Source: Orbicella franksi
Taxonomy: Eukaryota
Length of the DNA: 64,000 bases
Assembly: GCA_964199315.1 (NCBI GenBank)
Contig: OZ116702.1
Location: 9,114,001 to 9,178,000 of the forward strand
Direction: 5' to 3'
The position numbers were made by a program, and so were the translations under genes. Of this stretch, positions 1 to 13,800 are shown piece by piece. Numbering within the stretch: position 1 is the stretch's first letter; each line of letters starts with the position of its first letter. The notes beneath the pieces were generated by a model. That model ran no database searches. It worked only from the letters and a program-made list of their open reading frames with translations, and was not told the DNA's origin.

Positions 1-3000
1 AATACTAGAGCTATATACGTAGGATCTGTGAAAGATTTGATCAGCCAAAAAATAAATTGTAGGCCCATGTTTGCTCCACTTTTTCCTGCTACGGCATGCT
101 GGCAAGACCCAACCAGGTCAAAACCGGTGTCTTCTGTTGCATCTCGGTTTTCAGTTTGGACTCTCTCATGTCGTTGTCGCGTTATAAGTGTTCTAGGCAT
201 TGTCAACCTTGCTTAACCGCAACACGCATACAAATACGGAGTGCGGATGCTGAGAGATTGGTGACAATAGAAAAGCTGTGAATGAGGTCTACAACAAACG
301 AACAAAGGCAAAAATGAAACTTGTGCCTTCTGTCTTTACCCTTTCCTACACCAGTGAAAATATTTGAATTTGCTTGGAATGACAATTTTTTTTGTTTGTT
401 TGTTTGTTTGTTTGTTTGTTTTTCAGCTGAAGCTTGTTAAATCGAGTAAGAAGTCAAAAAAGGGTTTTTTTATTATTATTTTTTCAATGGCCCTCCGCGC
501 GAAACTTAACTTGTTAGCGAGGCTAACAGACGCCACCAGTCCATTTTGATTTCGGCAGGTATATTGCATGTCGCGTGTAACCAACTATGTATTCAATTTC
601 ATCGATAAACTTAGCTTTGATGCTCAGTAATCAATGCTAAATTTTAACACTTAATTAAACTTCCATATTTTCTGTGTTGTTCTAATTCCCTGAGTATACT
701 TTATTTACAAGCACGTAAAGCTTACGAAGCAAGATTGAAACACGGAAGTTTGAAAACAAGAAAGAAAAGGAAGTTTAGAATAAGGAAGTAGTGGTTGAGA
801 TTATCTGTGTAAATTACAATCAAGTACAAGTAAAAAAAACAAGTAGAAAAATTCCCCAATTTTGTAAAGAATATTATGTTACTGAACTGAACTGTGCAAT
901 TAACTTTCGTCACAACAAAATCTGCACTTCCGATCTTAAGGTTTTAGTTGCACTGGTGACAAAAAGATATTAGCACAATAAAAGCCTATCTTTTTAGAGT
1001 GTAAGTTAAGTTACCATGACGCAACGATTTCATGGTACATAAGGATTACCATGTCAAAGACAACTCGATAATACTGTGCAAACAATACGTCATGGACTTG
1101 CTTGATAACAAAAGCTGTGAACAAAAGCGTTTTAAGCTGCATGTAAGGGAAATGCACTGAAACACACGTGCAGGAACATTTTAAAAGGCAGGAGTTAGTC
1201 TTTGTTCGTTGAGTAAAGCAGAGATTCGGTCGCCTAATTCTCAGTTGTGGAAACTTTCAGTAGCGTGGTGTACAGTTTTCGTCGCACGCCAGTGGCCAGA
1301 TACATGGACCGGCAAATCACGTACTGGGCGAAAAAAGTAGCTAGTTAAAACAATCAAGTTCACAAATCTGGTCGTTAAGTCGATTAGACACAGGTTTTAA
1401 AGTTCATCCGAGGGATTTGGTAAGTGCATATATACTAGTGTATAATATCTCGCTGGCTTGCAGTAGTTTATAGAACTTTATAAATTTATGTGCACGCTTT
1501 AGGAACCTCAACGCTGGTGGCAGATTTGTGCTCCCAAACAATGCTACAAAAATCATATACTTCTATTGGACTAAACCTGTTAAGAGAACAGAAACTGAGT
1601 CTAATAGCAAAGCCTTTGCCAGCCTCTAACTGGTAAGCGGTACGTCCAGATTAGTTCAAACGGTTTGCTGTCACCGGATTTAGCGTGTTCGGAATCGACA
1701 ATGGACGCACTAGATTCGCCGGAACGGCTCGAACTTTTGCGGGAATATTTTTAAGTGCTTCCGACCTACGTAAATTTCGTCAAAGTCTGGGAAACAGTAT
1801 GACGATATCATGTGGTGGAAAAGCAACATTAGTGTCCCTTCTTTATTTAACTCGTTAAGCAAATCTTGTTTGGGATAGCAGCTTTAAAATGTCCAGAACA
1901 ATAGTTCCATTGCTGCAAAGATATCGGCTTTTGAGCGTCTAAGCTCGTTGACATCATATTGTCGTGCGTGCCTGGCGACTTAAAACTTATCTTTTAAAAA
2001 CCGCATACTTCTTTTTCCAGCGGGAATGATCTAGAAATGTCTCACAGTAAAGGACAAAAATATTAAGACTCAAGAATTGCGAAATCGTCAGTAGCTATAG
2101 GTAATGGAAGTGCTTCGTAGTTGGGTAGGACATGAATGTTTAAGGTGCTAATGTTTCGGGCAAATTTCTATGGAAGAATTAACGAGATTGATTTTTTACC
2201 AATTGGGGGAGAGAAATTAAAACATAAACTTTTTATCGCAAATGGTCAACCTTGCTGGTGTAAAACTATGTTTGGGCCGTCATTTCGGAGACATCGATAT
2301 TGTTTAAAGTGCAAATATAATTCCATAGTCCGGAGGTGCAGACTTAAGTTGTTGTTTTTTTTCGCTAGCCATTCAAATTTCGACAATTTCGTCAAGAGCT
2401 TTTGGACAATTATTCAAGATTTATCAACCAAAAGGCAAGTAGTTTTAAGAATCTTTTAAACAAACATTTCTCAGTAAGGTTCATGTTTAAGCGATGGCGG
2501 TATTCAGTAATCCAGCAAATATTTGTTTTTCCGTACGGGGACTGAATTGAATGTAGAGCAGATTAAAAGAGGGATCAAAGCCTTAGCAAAAAGCTGAATC
2601 TATTTTGCTGTAATTTGCACACCGGCTTCCGCAACTGAGTTGAATTAGAGACCAGGATTTAGCTCTCAACAAACAGTAGCCGGCTTAGTCCTAATTCTGG
2701 GCACGTACAACAGAAAATTGCAACTCGATCGATGAATCAGCCAATTTATGAAAACGTTTACTGTAGCCTGAGTATATAATATAATCGTTCAAAACTGATA
2801 TCCTTCGAAAAAGTGCGCACGTAATTAATTTGACAAAAATTGTCTTGCAATGCTTTCGCCTGACAATTTCTTTTATCTCTTCGTGTTAGCACTGTCCACA
2901 AAACAGAAGTTTCATTTACTCGAACTATGCTAAAGAATTTCAAGATCGTACAAACATTATCGAACCCTTTCAGCGTCTCAAAGTGAATTTCAAATCAACA

Positions 3001-4072
3001 ATCATTTTATCTCAATTTAATAGGATAAAATGGATCTGTTATCTAGTTTGTTGAATTTTAAACGATTAACACTGTTGTGAATTACCAGCTGTGTGGCATT
3101 TAAAGCGGCATTAGCGCATTTTTAATCACTTTGTTGACAAGCACCCAACCAAAATTATAAAACGAAATACATGCAGGGCACAGGTCAAATTTGTTCTTTT
3201 TTTCGCGCGGAAACGCACGAGATCCAAATTGCCCTTTCGTGCACGCACGCTCTGTAATATTCTATCAATTAATCTGTCTAAGGAAACGATTTGTTATTTA
3301 GATTTTTCACAAATTGCTTTTAAGACGCCTTAGTATTTTCGGGTACTATGATGAGACAAGACGAAATTGACGCTGTGTTTGCCCAAAGCCAATCAGAGCG
3401 CTTTCCCTTTGTTCCGTCGTTTAGCGTCCTGAAGACAAATCATAAATGTAATTGATTGGAAAGAATGATTCTTTTGTGTAGAGGATAAAAGCCGCCTTGA
3501 AAATCAACAGCTGGTATTCTGGCCATCAAGTGCAAGGGATATCACCCGAACAGTCTTTCGTCCAGCGCAACTGTAATTTACATGTAAGGGCGAACGAAAT
3601 GTTTCCGTTTCGGATTCAAATGTCGCGTGCTTTCTTTGTAGTTTAAACAAATCCTGTTAGTTTGATCCATTTTTGACATGATTTTGTCAGTTTTCTTAGG
3701 TATTTTATTGGCTTGTGTCAACGAAGTTTTTTGTCCTGTAATCTGTGTTATACTTTTCGTTTGCATATTTGCATTTAACATCTGGTGTATTTTTCTTTTG
3801 TCCATTTTCAGGAGATCTCGTCCCCTATCTTCTTCCTGGATAAAGCAATACCCTTGAAGTTTCAGAAATTACAGCCTCTCCTTTGGATCAATAACGGACA
3901 GATATCAGAAAAAAACTTCCTTGTTTTTATCTCCCCCGCAACGAATATTGCTTACTTAAGAATCGTAAACATCGCAGCCACAAAAACCTTTCTCGAGTGG
4001 TTTAACCGACTTTCAAATCAAATTTACATGAGACTGCACTGTTCAAATCTTTGATAGCTCAACGAAGTATCC

Positions 4073-6145
4073 ATGGATCCTGGAAAATTTTGTGATTTAA
4101 ACGACGATATATTGAAGAAGAGGTTTTATAACTGTATGATGAACTCGTTTCTTCCCGATAAACTCTCCCAGACGCCCGCGGCGCTGCTGAATGGGTATTT
4201 TGCGGAAATTGTAGCGATTAACACAACGAACTCAAAGCTTCTTCGATCGCCGCCGATACATCACAACTACCATCGCAAATTTCACAAGCATTCCAAGGAC
4301 TATGCCGTGCATCATTTACCAGATCAATTTCTCGAGGACATACCCGAAGAGCACTCCGAAGTGACGAGCATGCTTGGTAGCTGTCCCGATCATCAGAAAG
4401 AAAAGCTAAAGTACTTTTGCGAGACATGTGACGAGCCGATTTGCCTCGATTGCACCGCTTCTGAGCACAGAAAACATCGATTTTCTTATTTACGCGAAGT
4501 TTATCACAAGCAAAAGCACAGCATGGCAAGTTTACTCGGCCAGGGAAAAACACAGATTGAAAACACGCGAAAATCGCTGAACGAAGTCAAAACCTTGCTT
4601 TTCAAACTTCAGGAGGAACGCGCATCTATGGAAAAGGCCATTCGTGAAAACACGCAGATTTTAATAGCGACTCTCCAACAACAAGAAGAAAGATTGCTGG
4701 ACGAGATAAGCAGCGCTTTTAAGAGCAAGGAAAGCTCACTGCGAAAGGAAAAGCAGTACTTTGAATTAATTCTTGAACGACTGAGTGGCAGTTGTCAATT
4801 TGCAGAAAGAGCAGTCAAAATCGGCAATGAATTAGAAATTTTAGTCATCCAGAAGCACTTGAAGAGAAAGTTAAACGATATTTCGCACACTCGAAAAGAC
4901 TACAGCGCCACAAATTTAAAAAACATCTACTATTTTCCGGAGAAAAACTCCGTTGAAACTACTCGGAAAGCGCTCGGGCACATTGTCGTTTCCGACACCT
5001 GCTCGGATTTGTCGACGGCAAATGGCGACGGGCTGGTGAAGGCCCAGGTCGGGGCATCTGCCGAGTTCGTTGTGACAGCGAAAGGTTTCGACAACCAGCC
5101 GAAAAATCGCGGCGGAGATCTTGTTACTATCGACGTCCGAAGCCCGAACAAGACGACCATCCGTTCGGAAATCGTCGACAAAGGCGACGGAAGTTATGCA
5201 GTGGGATTCACTCCCAGTTTAAACGGTGAACATGAAGTTGGAATCGCAATCCACCATCAGCCGATCAGAGGAAGCCCTTTCAAGGTTATGGTCACCAATC
5301 CTCGCGTTTACAGCAAGATCACGCGTTCAACTTTGTGTATTGGAAGTCTGGGCGAAGTTAAAGGGAAATTCAAGCTTCCTTGCGGTGTGGCGGTAGACAG
5401 CGAGGGGAGAATCCTGGTAGCCGACTGTCATAATCATCGCGTACAGGTTTTTGACCCCCAAGGAAAGTTCATCAAGAGTTTTGGAAACCTCGGAGACAAA
5501 AATGGGCAGTTGAACCATCCGACGGATGTAGCAGTCGATAAACAAGGAAATATCGTTGTCTGTGATAAAGACAATCACAGAATACAACGCTTTACAAAAG
5601 ACTTCGCTTTTATCAACAAGTTTGGTGGTTACGGGGAGAGTCAGGGGAAGTTGAAACGTCCGTGGGGAGTATCCATGGGGAACGATGACGAAATTATAGT
5701 CAGCGATAGGCGCAACAGTAGGATACAAATTTTTAGAGAAGACGGCAGCCTTTTGCGCGTGCTTGGTTGCCATGGAAACGCCCAAGAAGAACTTGATCAT
5801 CCGTATCACGCGGTAATGAACGCTGATGGCGACATTTTTGTCACTGACAGCAACAATCACGCTGTCAAAGTTTTCGACTGCAATGGGAACTTCGTGCGCG
5901 AGATTGGCCAATCGATGCTCAAGTACCCAACGGGAATTGCTTTCGACATGGACAACCACGTGATTGTATCAGACCAATACAATCATCGTATCCAAATCTT
6001 CAATGAGGATGGAAGCCTGGAGGCTACTCTTGCGTCTGGACTCAATGGCCTGGGTCAGAAGTGCTACCCTAAGGGTGTGGCCGTTTCACCGGGCGGGTAC
6101 ATTGTTGTTGCCGATAGTGACAATCATCGAGTTATTGTGCTATAG
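4073..6145 (+). CDS. TRIM-NHL family protein (B-box, coiled coil, filamin, NHL repeats; TRIM2/3/71-like), no RING
   Basis: 690-aa uninterrupted ORF. B-box CPDHQKEKLKYFCETCDEPICLDCTASEHRKH; coiled coil; filamin repeat (ANGDGL...FVVTAKG...DKGDGSYAVGFTP...PIRGSPF); six NHL repeats (FKLPCGVAVDSEGRILVADCHNHRVQVF etc.). Confidence 0.93.
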   Translation: MDPGKFCDLNDDILKKRFYNCMMNSFLPDKLSQTPAALLNGYFAEIVAINTTNSKLLRSPPIHHNYHRKFHKHSKDYAVHHLPDQFLEDIPEEHSEVTSMLGSCPDHQKEKLKYFCETCDEPICLDCTASEHRKHRFSYLREVYHKQKHSMASLLGQGKTQIENTRKSLNEVKTLLFKLQEERASMEKAIRENTQILIATLQQQEERLLDEISSAFKSKESSLRKEKQYFELILERLSGSCQFAERAVKIGNELEILVIQKHLKRKLNDISHTRKDYSATNLKNIYYFPEKNSVETTRKALGHIVVSDTCSDLSTANGDGLVKAQVGASAEFVVTAKGFDNQPKNRGGDLVTIDVRSPNKTTIRSEIVDKGDGSYAVGFTPSLNGEHEVGIAIHHQPIRGSPFKVMVTNPRVYSKITRSTLCIGSLGEVKGKFKLPCGVAVDSEGRILVADCHNHRVQVFDPQGKFIKSFGNLGDKNGQLNHPTDVAVDKQGNIVVCDKDNHRIQRFTKDFAFINKFGGYGESQGKLKRPWGVSMGNDDEIIVSDRRNSRIQIFREDGSLLRVLGCHGNAQEELDHPYHAVMNADGDIFVTDSNNHAVKVFDCNGNFVREIGQSMLKYPTGIAFDMDNHVIVSDQYNHRIQIFNEDGSLEATLASGLNGLGQKCYPKGVAVSPGGYIVVADSDNHRVIVL

Positions 6146-6924
6146 ATTTGAAATAAGATCGTAATGGACGATTACATTTAAGGCTCGGTCGAGTAAGAAG
6201 ATTTAAGACCATTTAGATAACTTTTTTTTTCTTAGTCATTTGAACATGCCGTGAACGCGAGAAGAAATATGGCCGCGCGAAATCTGGGGGAAAGCAAGCA
6301 CATACCCCTTAGATTTTGCACACAGCCATCGCTTTCTTTCTTGTCGAGCTATGGCTAGGGGTTTCTCGCAATCTAATGAGACTTGAAAGCCTCTTGTTTC
6401 TTCAACATTTTAACTATGCGTTTTAAAGATTACACCAGGGGTGACACAAAAGAATAATAGAACATTTTATGATTTTAATTGCAAGTTACGAGAATCCCAT
6501 GCGAATATGTAACCTGCTCCAATTTTTCTTCGGTCCGATCATTTACATAGCTTTTTCTCGTAAAAGATTGCTGAAACGGATTGCTTTTTCTCGCAGCCAA
6601 CAAAAGTACGTTGCACGTAAAACTCAAAGATTCTACTTTGTCTGCCACAAAAGAATTGGAGTACCACGCAACCCTGTTTCAGTGGGGCAGATGAAATATT
6701 GTTGTGAAAATGACATACAATTTTGATGCGACCAGTAACGAGGTATATCCTTCAGTGATAAGATATTGGTAAATGCTTAGTTTGAAGGTGTTTTATTTTA
6801 TAATTTGTCACCCGCTCGAAGCTGTTAGCTGTTCGTTCTTTTCATCAGTTTTGAGTAAAATTCTTATTGGGTTGTATTGCAGACTTAGTTATGTGGAGCA
6901 AGACTCCCTCATGGGAGCGTTAAA

Positions 6925-7310
6925 CTTGAATTCGCACAACGCTAGAGAAATTAAAAAACGCAGCTTTATTTCTACGGTTTGGCCTACCGTCCACACTAAT
7001 CCATCACGAAAACGGAGCTTTTCGAAAACGCTCTTCAAACCGGAGGAATCTAAAAACACCACAGCTTTTTGTTTTCGTCTGGACGGAAAACATTTTGAAA
7101 ACGGAGTGGTTTTTTTTTTTTTTTTTTTTTTGAACGGTGTAGTCACGATAATCATGTAATTTCCCTACCCGAGATTTCCTCAGACAAACTCCAAAATGAC
7201 TGCTGATTGTTGCGTTTTCAAATTCCTCCGGCTTAGTGTGGACGAAAAATGCTTGATGCGTTTTCTGGAGAAATCTCCGTTTTCAAATTTCTCGAGCGTA
7301 GTTTGGACAG
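6925..7310. mobile_element. PIF/Harbinger-like MITE (related fragment at 61955-62178)
   Basis: Recurrent GTCCACAC/GTGTGGAC...GAAAACATTTTGAAAAC motifs; the shared block GTCACGATAATCATGT is present in both copies. Confidence 0.65.
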
Positions 7311-8245
7311 GGTTGCAGCTCGCCATTTTTGGTGTGGCTTGCGACATGTTTATTTCTACCTCCCGGTATAGAAAAGTAAGTGAACTAGTACAAATAAAAA
7401 TTAAGAAAAAAACAAAGACAACAAAAAATAACAGGCCTAGGTTCTTGCTTTATAAAGTATTTTTAGGCAACACATTTTCTTCGGTCAAAGCATTCGATTT
7501 ATAAAGAATTAAAGTTGATGTTTTCGTTCTTTATAGAGACAGAACATTTAAAATAATATCATAAATACATTTATCAATATTACGTTCTATTCTGTGCTAG
7601 TATATTTGTAAAATAGATTAAGATTGGTAAATTAACTGGAATATTATTGAAACAGAATATTATTAATATCAAAGTATAGAGTAATAGCTAGCTAGCTTTT
7701 TGTGGGATACGTTTTAATTCCAATTGCATTTCAATTTTGAAATTACCCTGCGGACTAGTTTTTCACCTCAGGGATCATCTAGGGGATGGAGGAGGGGGCA
7801 GAGAGAAGGGGACGGTTACTCCTTCCTTCTCTCTACTCCCCGAGGGGAAAACCGTCCCGAAGGGACATTCAGTCAAATTTACAAATTATCGATAATATAT
7901 TTACTATTTCTCTGTAAGTACACGCAGACTGCGTGGCAGTGTTGTTAATGTTATCATTATAGTACTGCTTACCTAGTAATCATAGCAATATATCTTACTT
8001 TTTATTCCGAGTCCATTAAAAAACAAGATGAATAGACCATGAATGATAAAGGTTTAGCGTTCTGTTGCGAAGAGCTGCTAGCCCAATCTTTTCTTACCAC
8101 AGTGGTAACACGTAAGTTTCGTTGATATTATACTCGGTACAGAGCACCTCCCAGCAAGACAACTCGCTCGCCGGGCTCCTTTAATAAGGTTCCTGAAAAA
8201 TTTTGGTCCCAACTATATGGCCAGTTCGTTTTCCGATCATTTTAA

Positions 8246-8500
8246 GAGGGGCAGTGGCCTAGCGTTTGGCACGCTGAACTCTTGATAGAGCCGATTCATG
8301 CTCTGGTCGGGGGTGGGGGGGGGGGGTGGGGGAGTGAGGGGGGGAGTGGGCAGGAGTCGTTGTATTGTGTTCTTGGGCGAGAGGTTTTACTCTGACTGGT
8401 GGCTCTCTCCTTCCGGGAGTACAACAAAATGTATCGTTAAATCGGTATGAGGAGTAACCTTTCGAAAGACTGGCATTCCCCCTAGATCCTAGCTTCTAGG
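8246..8500 (+). mobile_element. Degenerate copy of the same tRNA-derived SINE
   Basis: GGGGCAGTGGCCTAGCG...TTGTATTGTGTTCTTGGGCGAGAGGTTTTACTCT...GACTGGCATTCCCC resembles the 62901-63196 copy. Confidence 0.6.
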
Positions 8501-9615
8501 GAGTAGTTCCTTGGAACCTTAGATAAACTCGGGTCACTTTGGCAGATTTCAACTCTTACCCGTTCATGAAAAAGGACTTTTTGTGAGGAAAAAAAAACTT
8601 ACCTGGACACACGATGCATCATTGAAGATTGGGGCTCTTGGGGACGAGTACAGCTTCTAGTTTAATTTAGAGAGCTATAGTCACTTTCTTTGTGGAATAA
8701 TTTTCGATTATTTTCTGCTATAACCTGTCACAGAAGAGAAATACCCCTCGAAACTAGAAGTAGGTTTATATTTAATATTAGGTCTTCTATATATCCTTAT
8801 CGTAAATTAGTTCCGCACTTTACTTAGAATCGTAAACTTATCATAATCTACAGGAAATAATGTCATAAGATAACAATGTATGAATCTTAAATGCAGAATA
8901 ATTAAAAATTCATAAATGTTGACATAGAAAGGAAAGGAACTTCCCTCTATTGTAAGACAAGTCCGTCCGCCGTTATTCCTGTTTTCCACAGCACCCAAGC
9001 GCAGCTGATAGTCCATATCCGTCCTTAACCGCGCAGGTCCACACGGAAAACCTTTCGTTACAAACCACATTACACCCAGTGGTGTGGCACACGGTAGCAG
9101 CTGCAATTTAGGTTTTTTCCCTTTCACTACCTTGCCAGTTTGGTTACTTCAGATTACACGCTAGCCGGGTTCGGACGTTGTTTTGCAAGCCTGCGTTCAG
9201 TGCCGGAGGAAAAAAAACACGCACATGCTTCATACTGATGAAAAAAATTTTCCGCGTAATCGATGATATCCATTTTTTCTGCATTGGTTTCCCAGTGTAA
9301 TCCTCTGATAGGATTCCGGGACCGAGACGAATTTTGTTCTATATTCATATGGGAAATTTCAGCCCGGTCGAAAAAATGGTGGAACATAAACTTGTATCGT
9401 TCGAGGCTATTGTAGCTTTGTGGACTTTTGTAACTTTACTAATAAAGGTAATCCGTATACCTCTGAAGTGGAATTGCATACAAGACAAAAATGATGCCAT
9501 TTTGGCCGCTTTGTTGCGATAGCGAAGCTATTTTGTAAAAAAAAGTTTCATTTCGGTCACCCGGGCTGGAGTGTTCATATGGGAAAATTTTCATCCCGGT
9601 TACCGAGATCTCGGG

Positions 9616-10103
9616 GCATCTTCATATGAGCCCGGTAACCGGGCCGGCTCGGTTACCGGGACGAATTTTGTTGTCTGTTCATATGGGAAATTTCAGCCGG
9701 GTCGACCGGGATGAAATTCAAGAAACACAACCAAAATGGTGGAACATAAACTTGTGGAACATAAAGATTTGTGGACTCTTCTAACTTTACAAATAAACCT
9801 AATTCGCGTACTGCTAAAGTGGAAATACATACAGGACAAAAATTATGCCATTTTGGCGGCTATGATGCGAAAGCGAAGCTATTGTGTCTAAAAAGTTTCG
9901 TCCCGGTCACCCGAGCTGGAGTGTTCATATGGGAAAATTTTCATTCCGGTTACCGAGATCTTGGTCGCAAAGACCGAGGTATCGGTAACTGGGCCAGCCC
10001 GGCTTCTCATATGAACATATCGAAATTTTAATGAAGGAAAGAGTTGCGAAGCGAGATCTTAGAAACCGAGCCAGCCCGGTTGACCGGGCTCATCTGCAGA
10101 GGC
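9616..10103. mobile_element. MITE with ~35-bp TIRs, preceded by a truncated tandem copy (~9316-9615)
   Basis: Left CTTCATATGAGCCCGGTAACCGGGCCGGCTCGGTT; right AACCGAGCCAGCCCGGTTGACCGGGCTCATCTGCAG. The internal sequence is duplicated immediately upstream. Confidence 0.8.
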
Positions 10104-10807
10104 TGTGTTCGCCTATAAAATGGACTATACGGCCGGAGAATCTCAGCTTCTGTAACAAACAACGACAAGGAGTATTTTTATTCCTTTCTGGTTAAAATGC
10201 TAATCTAAAAAAGCTGAAAAAAGCTGAAAATACATAGCGTTGTACGTGTCCTTCATAATTATAATAAAACAAAATGATGAAGTAACTGTTACAGCTGATC
10301 TTCCTTGTCTCGTATTGATGCCCGAAGTTCCATAACTAAAATTAACTTTGGAAATCGTCTTGAAAATCGCCAAAAGAATTTAATTGAGGCTTCACATAAA
10401 GTGATCAACATCCAACCAGAAACAATGCGCGAAGACACTCAGAAATTAAAGCGCTCGACTCTTGCGCTGAAAGCTTGGAAACTATGACGAAACTTGCTCA
10501 TGCCTAACCAAGCATGAGAGAGCAAGTCCTAGCCTGCAACGGAAAGTACAGCCTATGACGTCACGAAACTCAATTATACATCATAATCATTCCTTATTAA
10601 CCGACTAACGAGCGTTAAAAACGTTCTTATTGCAGTTAAAAACGCTGTTTCTCTCACTCTTGCGACGGTCCATACCGAAAAGTTTTAAAATGGGATGAAA
10701 TGTTTGATGTAGTTCGCAACATCGCGTACCGTCTGCCATGGGTGACGTCACACTCGCCTGCATTTGGCCAGTGGTAATCTTGTGGCGGTAAATTCGTGAG
10801 GGCGACC

Positions 10808-13800
10808 ATGTTGGCATCTTTATCGTCTTTTTACGACAATATTCGCTCTTATTCTCTCTCTGGAAGGAAACCAGGAGACAAACGTCGAAGAGAAAGGTAT
10901 TCTGTAGCATTCTGTTCGACGATGTGTATTTATATGGTGCGATTCTGCGAAAAAAATTGTGCTTCATGCCAGAACACTCTTTGAACATTCAAAGTCGATG
11001 TGACAAGCTTGCATGTAGAGTTCGACTTGGCACTCAAGCGTTAAGACTAGTACCTTATCAGTTCAATTAAACTTTGGTTGCGAAGTGCGATTTGTTTACT
11101 AATGTCGCTGATAAATTCTACTGAATTTTGACACAGAGTGAAAGCTACTGATAATCTGTTATCACAACCAAGCTTGCGACCAACTTTTAAAGCCTGCAAT
11201 GTATATCAATCTTAAAGTTTGATTATATAGCTTATCTTATTTTATTTTCTAATTTACTTTTGTATCCGCATTGTGCCTTTTGAAGGGAGGACGAAGATGT
11301 TGTTATAACTGATGTTCTTCAGGTTGGTTCATATACTGTATTCGAACTACATGTAAATAATTATTAATTATTTCAAATGATTATCAGCTAGTACATTTGG
11401 TGGTTTCTGCCAGTAAATATTCAACCATGGAGGGAATTTGACACAAGATTTCCACATCCCCCATTTTCTTTCTTTTTTGGCAAGCATGACCAGCCATGAC
11501 TAGTCCCCTCGAGAATTTTCTAGAGTATTATGCATGAGGCAAACCCTGAAATCCCCTCAAAATCAACCCTCACCGGGATTATGTGGGGCTATAGTGGGGG
11601 ATTTGTCACCTTATTTGCCAAATACATGTATGTTTGGGGATTTGCATCATTTGTCCTTGTTGTTGGGAGAAATGTTGAGCATTATTTTAGGAGATTGATT
11701 TTAAGTCCTAATTTGTAACTGTGGAAACAGATTCACTTGTGCATGTGTGTTCGGCCAAAATAGAAGTTACCGGCCAGCATCAAGGAGGGACACCTTTGAC
11801 CAGCAGTTGTTCCACGTTTAACTTAACCTAGATTATATTTAGACAATACTTCTTTGATTTTCAACTCTAGACACCACCAGCAAAGAGGTTAAGGAATATT
11901 GAGGGAGGTGAGTTTTGACAGTTTGCATGTTACAGTAGATACAAGTGATGTGGCTAAGAGCTGGTAGGTTACTGCTTAATTTCCCTGGCTGAAAGAGAGT
12001 TCATCTCTGGCTAAGATTTCATGTGAAAACAAAGTACTGTAGTGGGTAGTTTTTGAGGTCACAGCACAGTCTAAGAATGCTGAGAGTGGCTGATAAATTA
12101 TTATTGATTAGTCATGAGCATGCTTAGTTTTTCTCAGCTACAGTACATCTCTGGCATGCATACATATTGAGGCCCTACAATTTAAGGGGCTCAATAAGGA
12201 TCAAGCACAAGTTTCACCATCTAGAGGAAAGTTTTCTTATAAAAAGTTCATGTCGAAGAAGTTTTGCATGCCGGTGGAAAAATTAATTATAACTTTCCTC
12301 CAGAGGGTCAAACCAAGCAGCCAAAATCATCCTCACAGCTGTTCAATTTGCCTGGTGCTTGGTTTTTAATGAAACGCGTTGTGAAGGGGTACTTAACATG
12401 CATGTGTATGAATTTGTTGGAGGAAGGGCCCTCAATCAAGAGCATGGCTTAGAAAAGTTTTGAGGGTGTAAAAGAGCTCAACTACATGTATTTAGTTTAT
12501 TGTTAAGTAAAATGTTCAGAGATGTGGGAGAGAAACTGCTGAACATTCAATATTACCACCTGGTATGGTAGATTTTCCTGAATGAAGTAAAATACATGGG
12601 GTATTATGCACCAGTCTGCCAAATTTTACAGGGAAATTCGAGAAAATTCACGGTCAATATTGCTTTTTGCAGTCATGCTGACACCATGAAATAACAAAAA
12701 ACTCTGACCTTTTCCTCTGAGTGCATGCAGATTTCTAAAACATTTTCATGATGAGTACATACAGTGTAGAGTCATAAAACCATAGTGAACCACCTTAAGC
12801 CACCTTTATTCAAGAAAGTATTAATACAATTTATTATATAACTGTCTCACAAGGACCGGGAACTACCGAATTCATGAATTTGATTGGCTGAAATGGATGT
12901 TGACCGCGGTCTAGATTTTCCCATCTAGACTGGTATCTAGACCGGTTTCATTTTGCGTTGAAAAAGTAGCAAACTAAAATACAAAAATGTTCACCATTTT
13001 ATTTTATTTTCTTCTCAATCATTTATGGAAGTGCCAAATAGCCTGATGACAAAAAAAAAGTAAAGAGGACAAGCAAATTTCAGCAGGTTTAAGTTAAGCT
13101 CATCGTTGTTCGCAAGCAAAATATCAGCAAACCAGTTACATTAAATGAATTACAGTTTTCTTCTTTGCCATATAATAAACATCTTATTAACCAAGCTAAG
13201 TTGGTCTGTATGGGAGAATCTTGACCTCAGTCGTGTGTACAGACCTCACTGCGTTCGGTCTATACTCACGACCTCGGTCAAGGTTCTCCCATACAGACCT
13301 CCAGCTTGGTTAATAAGAGCTAAGTAATCTATTATTTAACTTCTTTGATCTGTCTTCTTATTCAGCTGCCCATGAAAGCAGTAGCAACAGCCCTATCCAG
13401 AGTTTTAGTGATTTCGTCAAGAAAGTCAAATCATGGTCTGGTAGGTACTTCTGGCAGTACGTGGTCAAGGGAGAAACTCTAGACGATGGCAAATCTTCCT
13501 TGAGGAGAGATCTGAATGATGCTGAGGATGAAATGGAGAAAATTAGATGTTCTACAAGTACAAGATCAACTAGTGTGAGTGTACATGTATGAATGTGGTG
13601 TCACTTGTTACGTTGTAGTTTGGGAGGTGCTCTGACCTAGCACTGTAGCTATACAAGCATAATTAAAAAACAAAAAACAAAAAATAGCATGACGAGAAAT
13701 CATCTTTCTTTATAGAGCGCTCTAACTAATGAGTGGCGACATCAAGGAAGTCCTGGTTTAACAAGGAGACCACTGAACAAGAGCAGAGGACCAGAAACCT

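Noticed and set aside
96-281. SLMSLSRYKCSRH as a SOCS-box terminal exon
   Set aside because: The resemblance is too weak and I found no supporting splice context.
4218-5959. Minus-strand ORFs of 83-210 aa
   Set aside because: They overlap the TRIM-NHL CDS antisense and show no recognisable motifs.
10605-10988. 127-aa minus-strand ORF
   Set aside because: It is antisense to SENP exon 1 and its promoter, with no recognisable domain.
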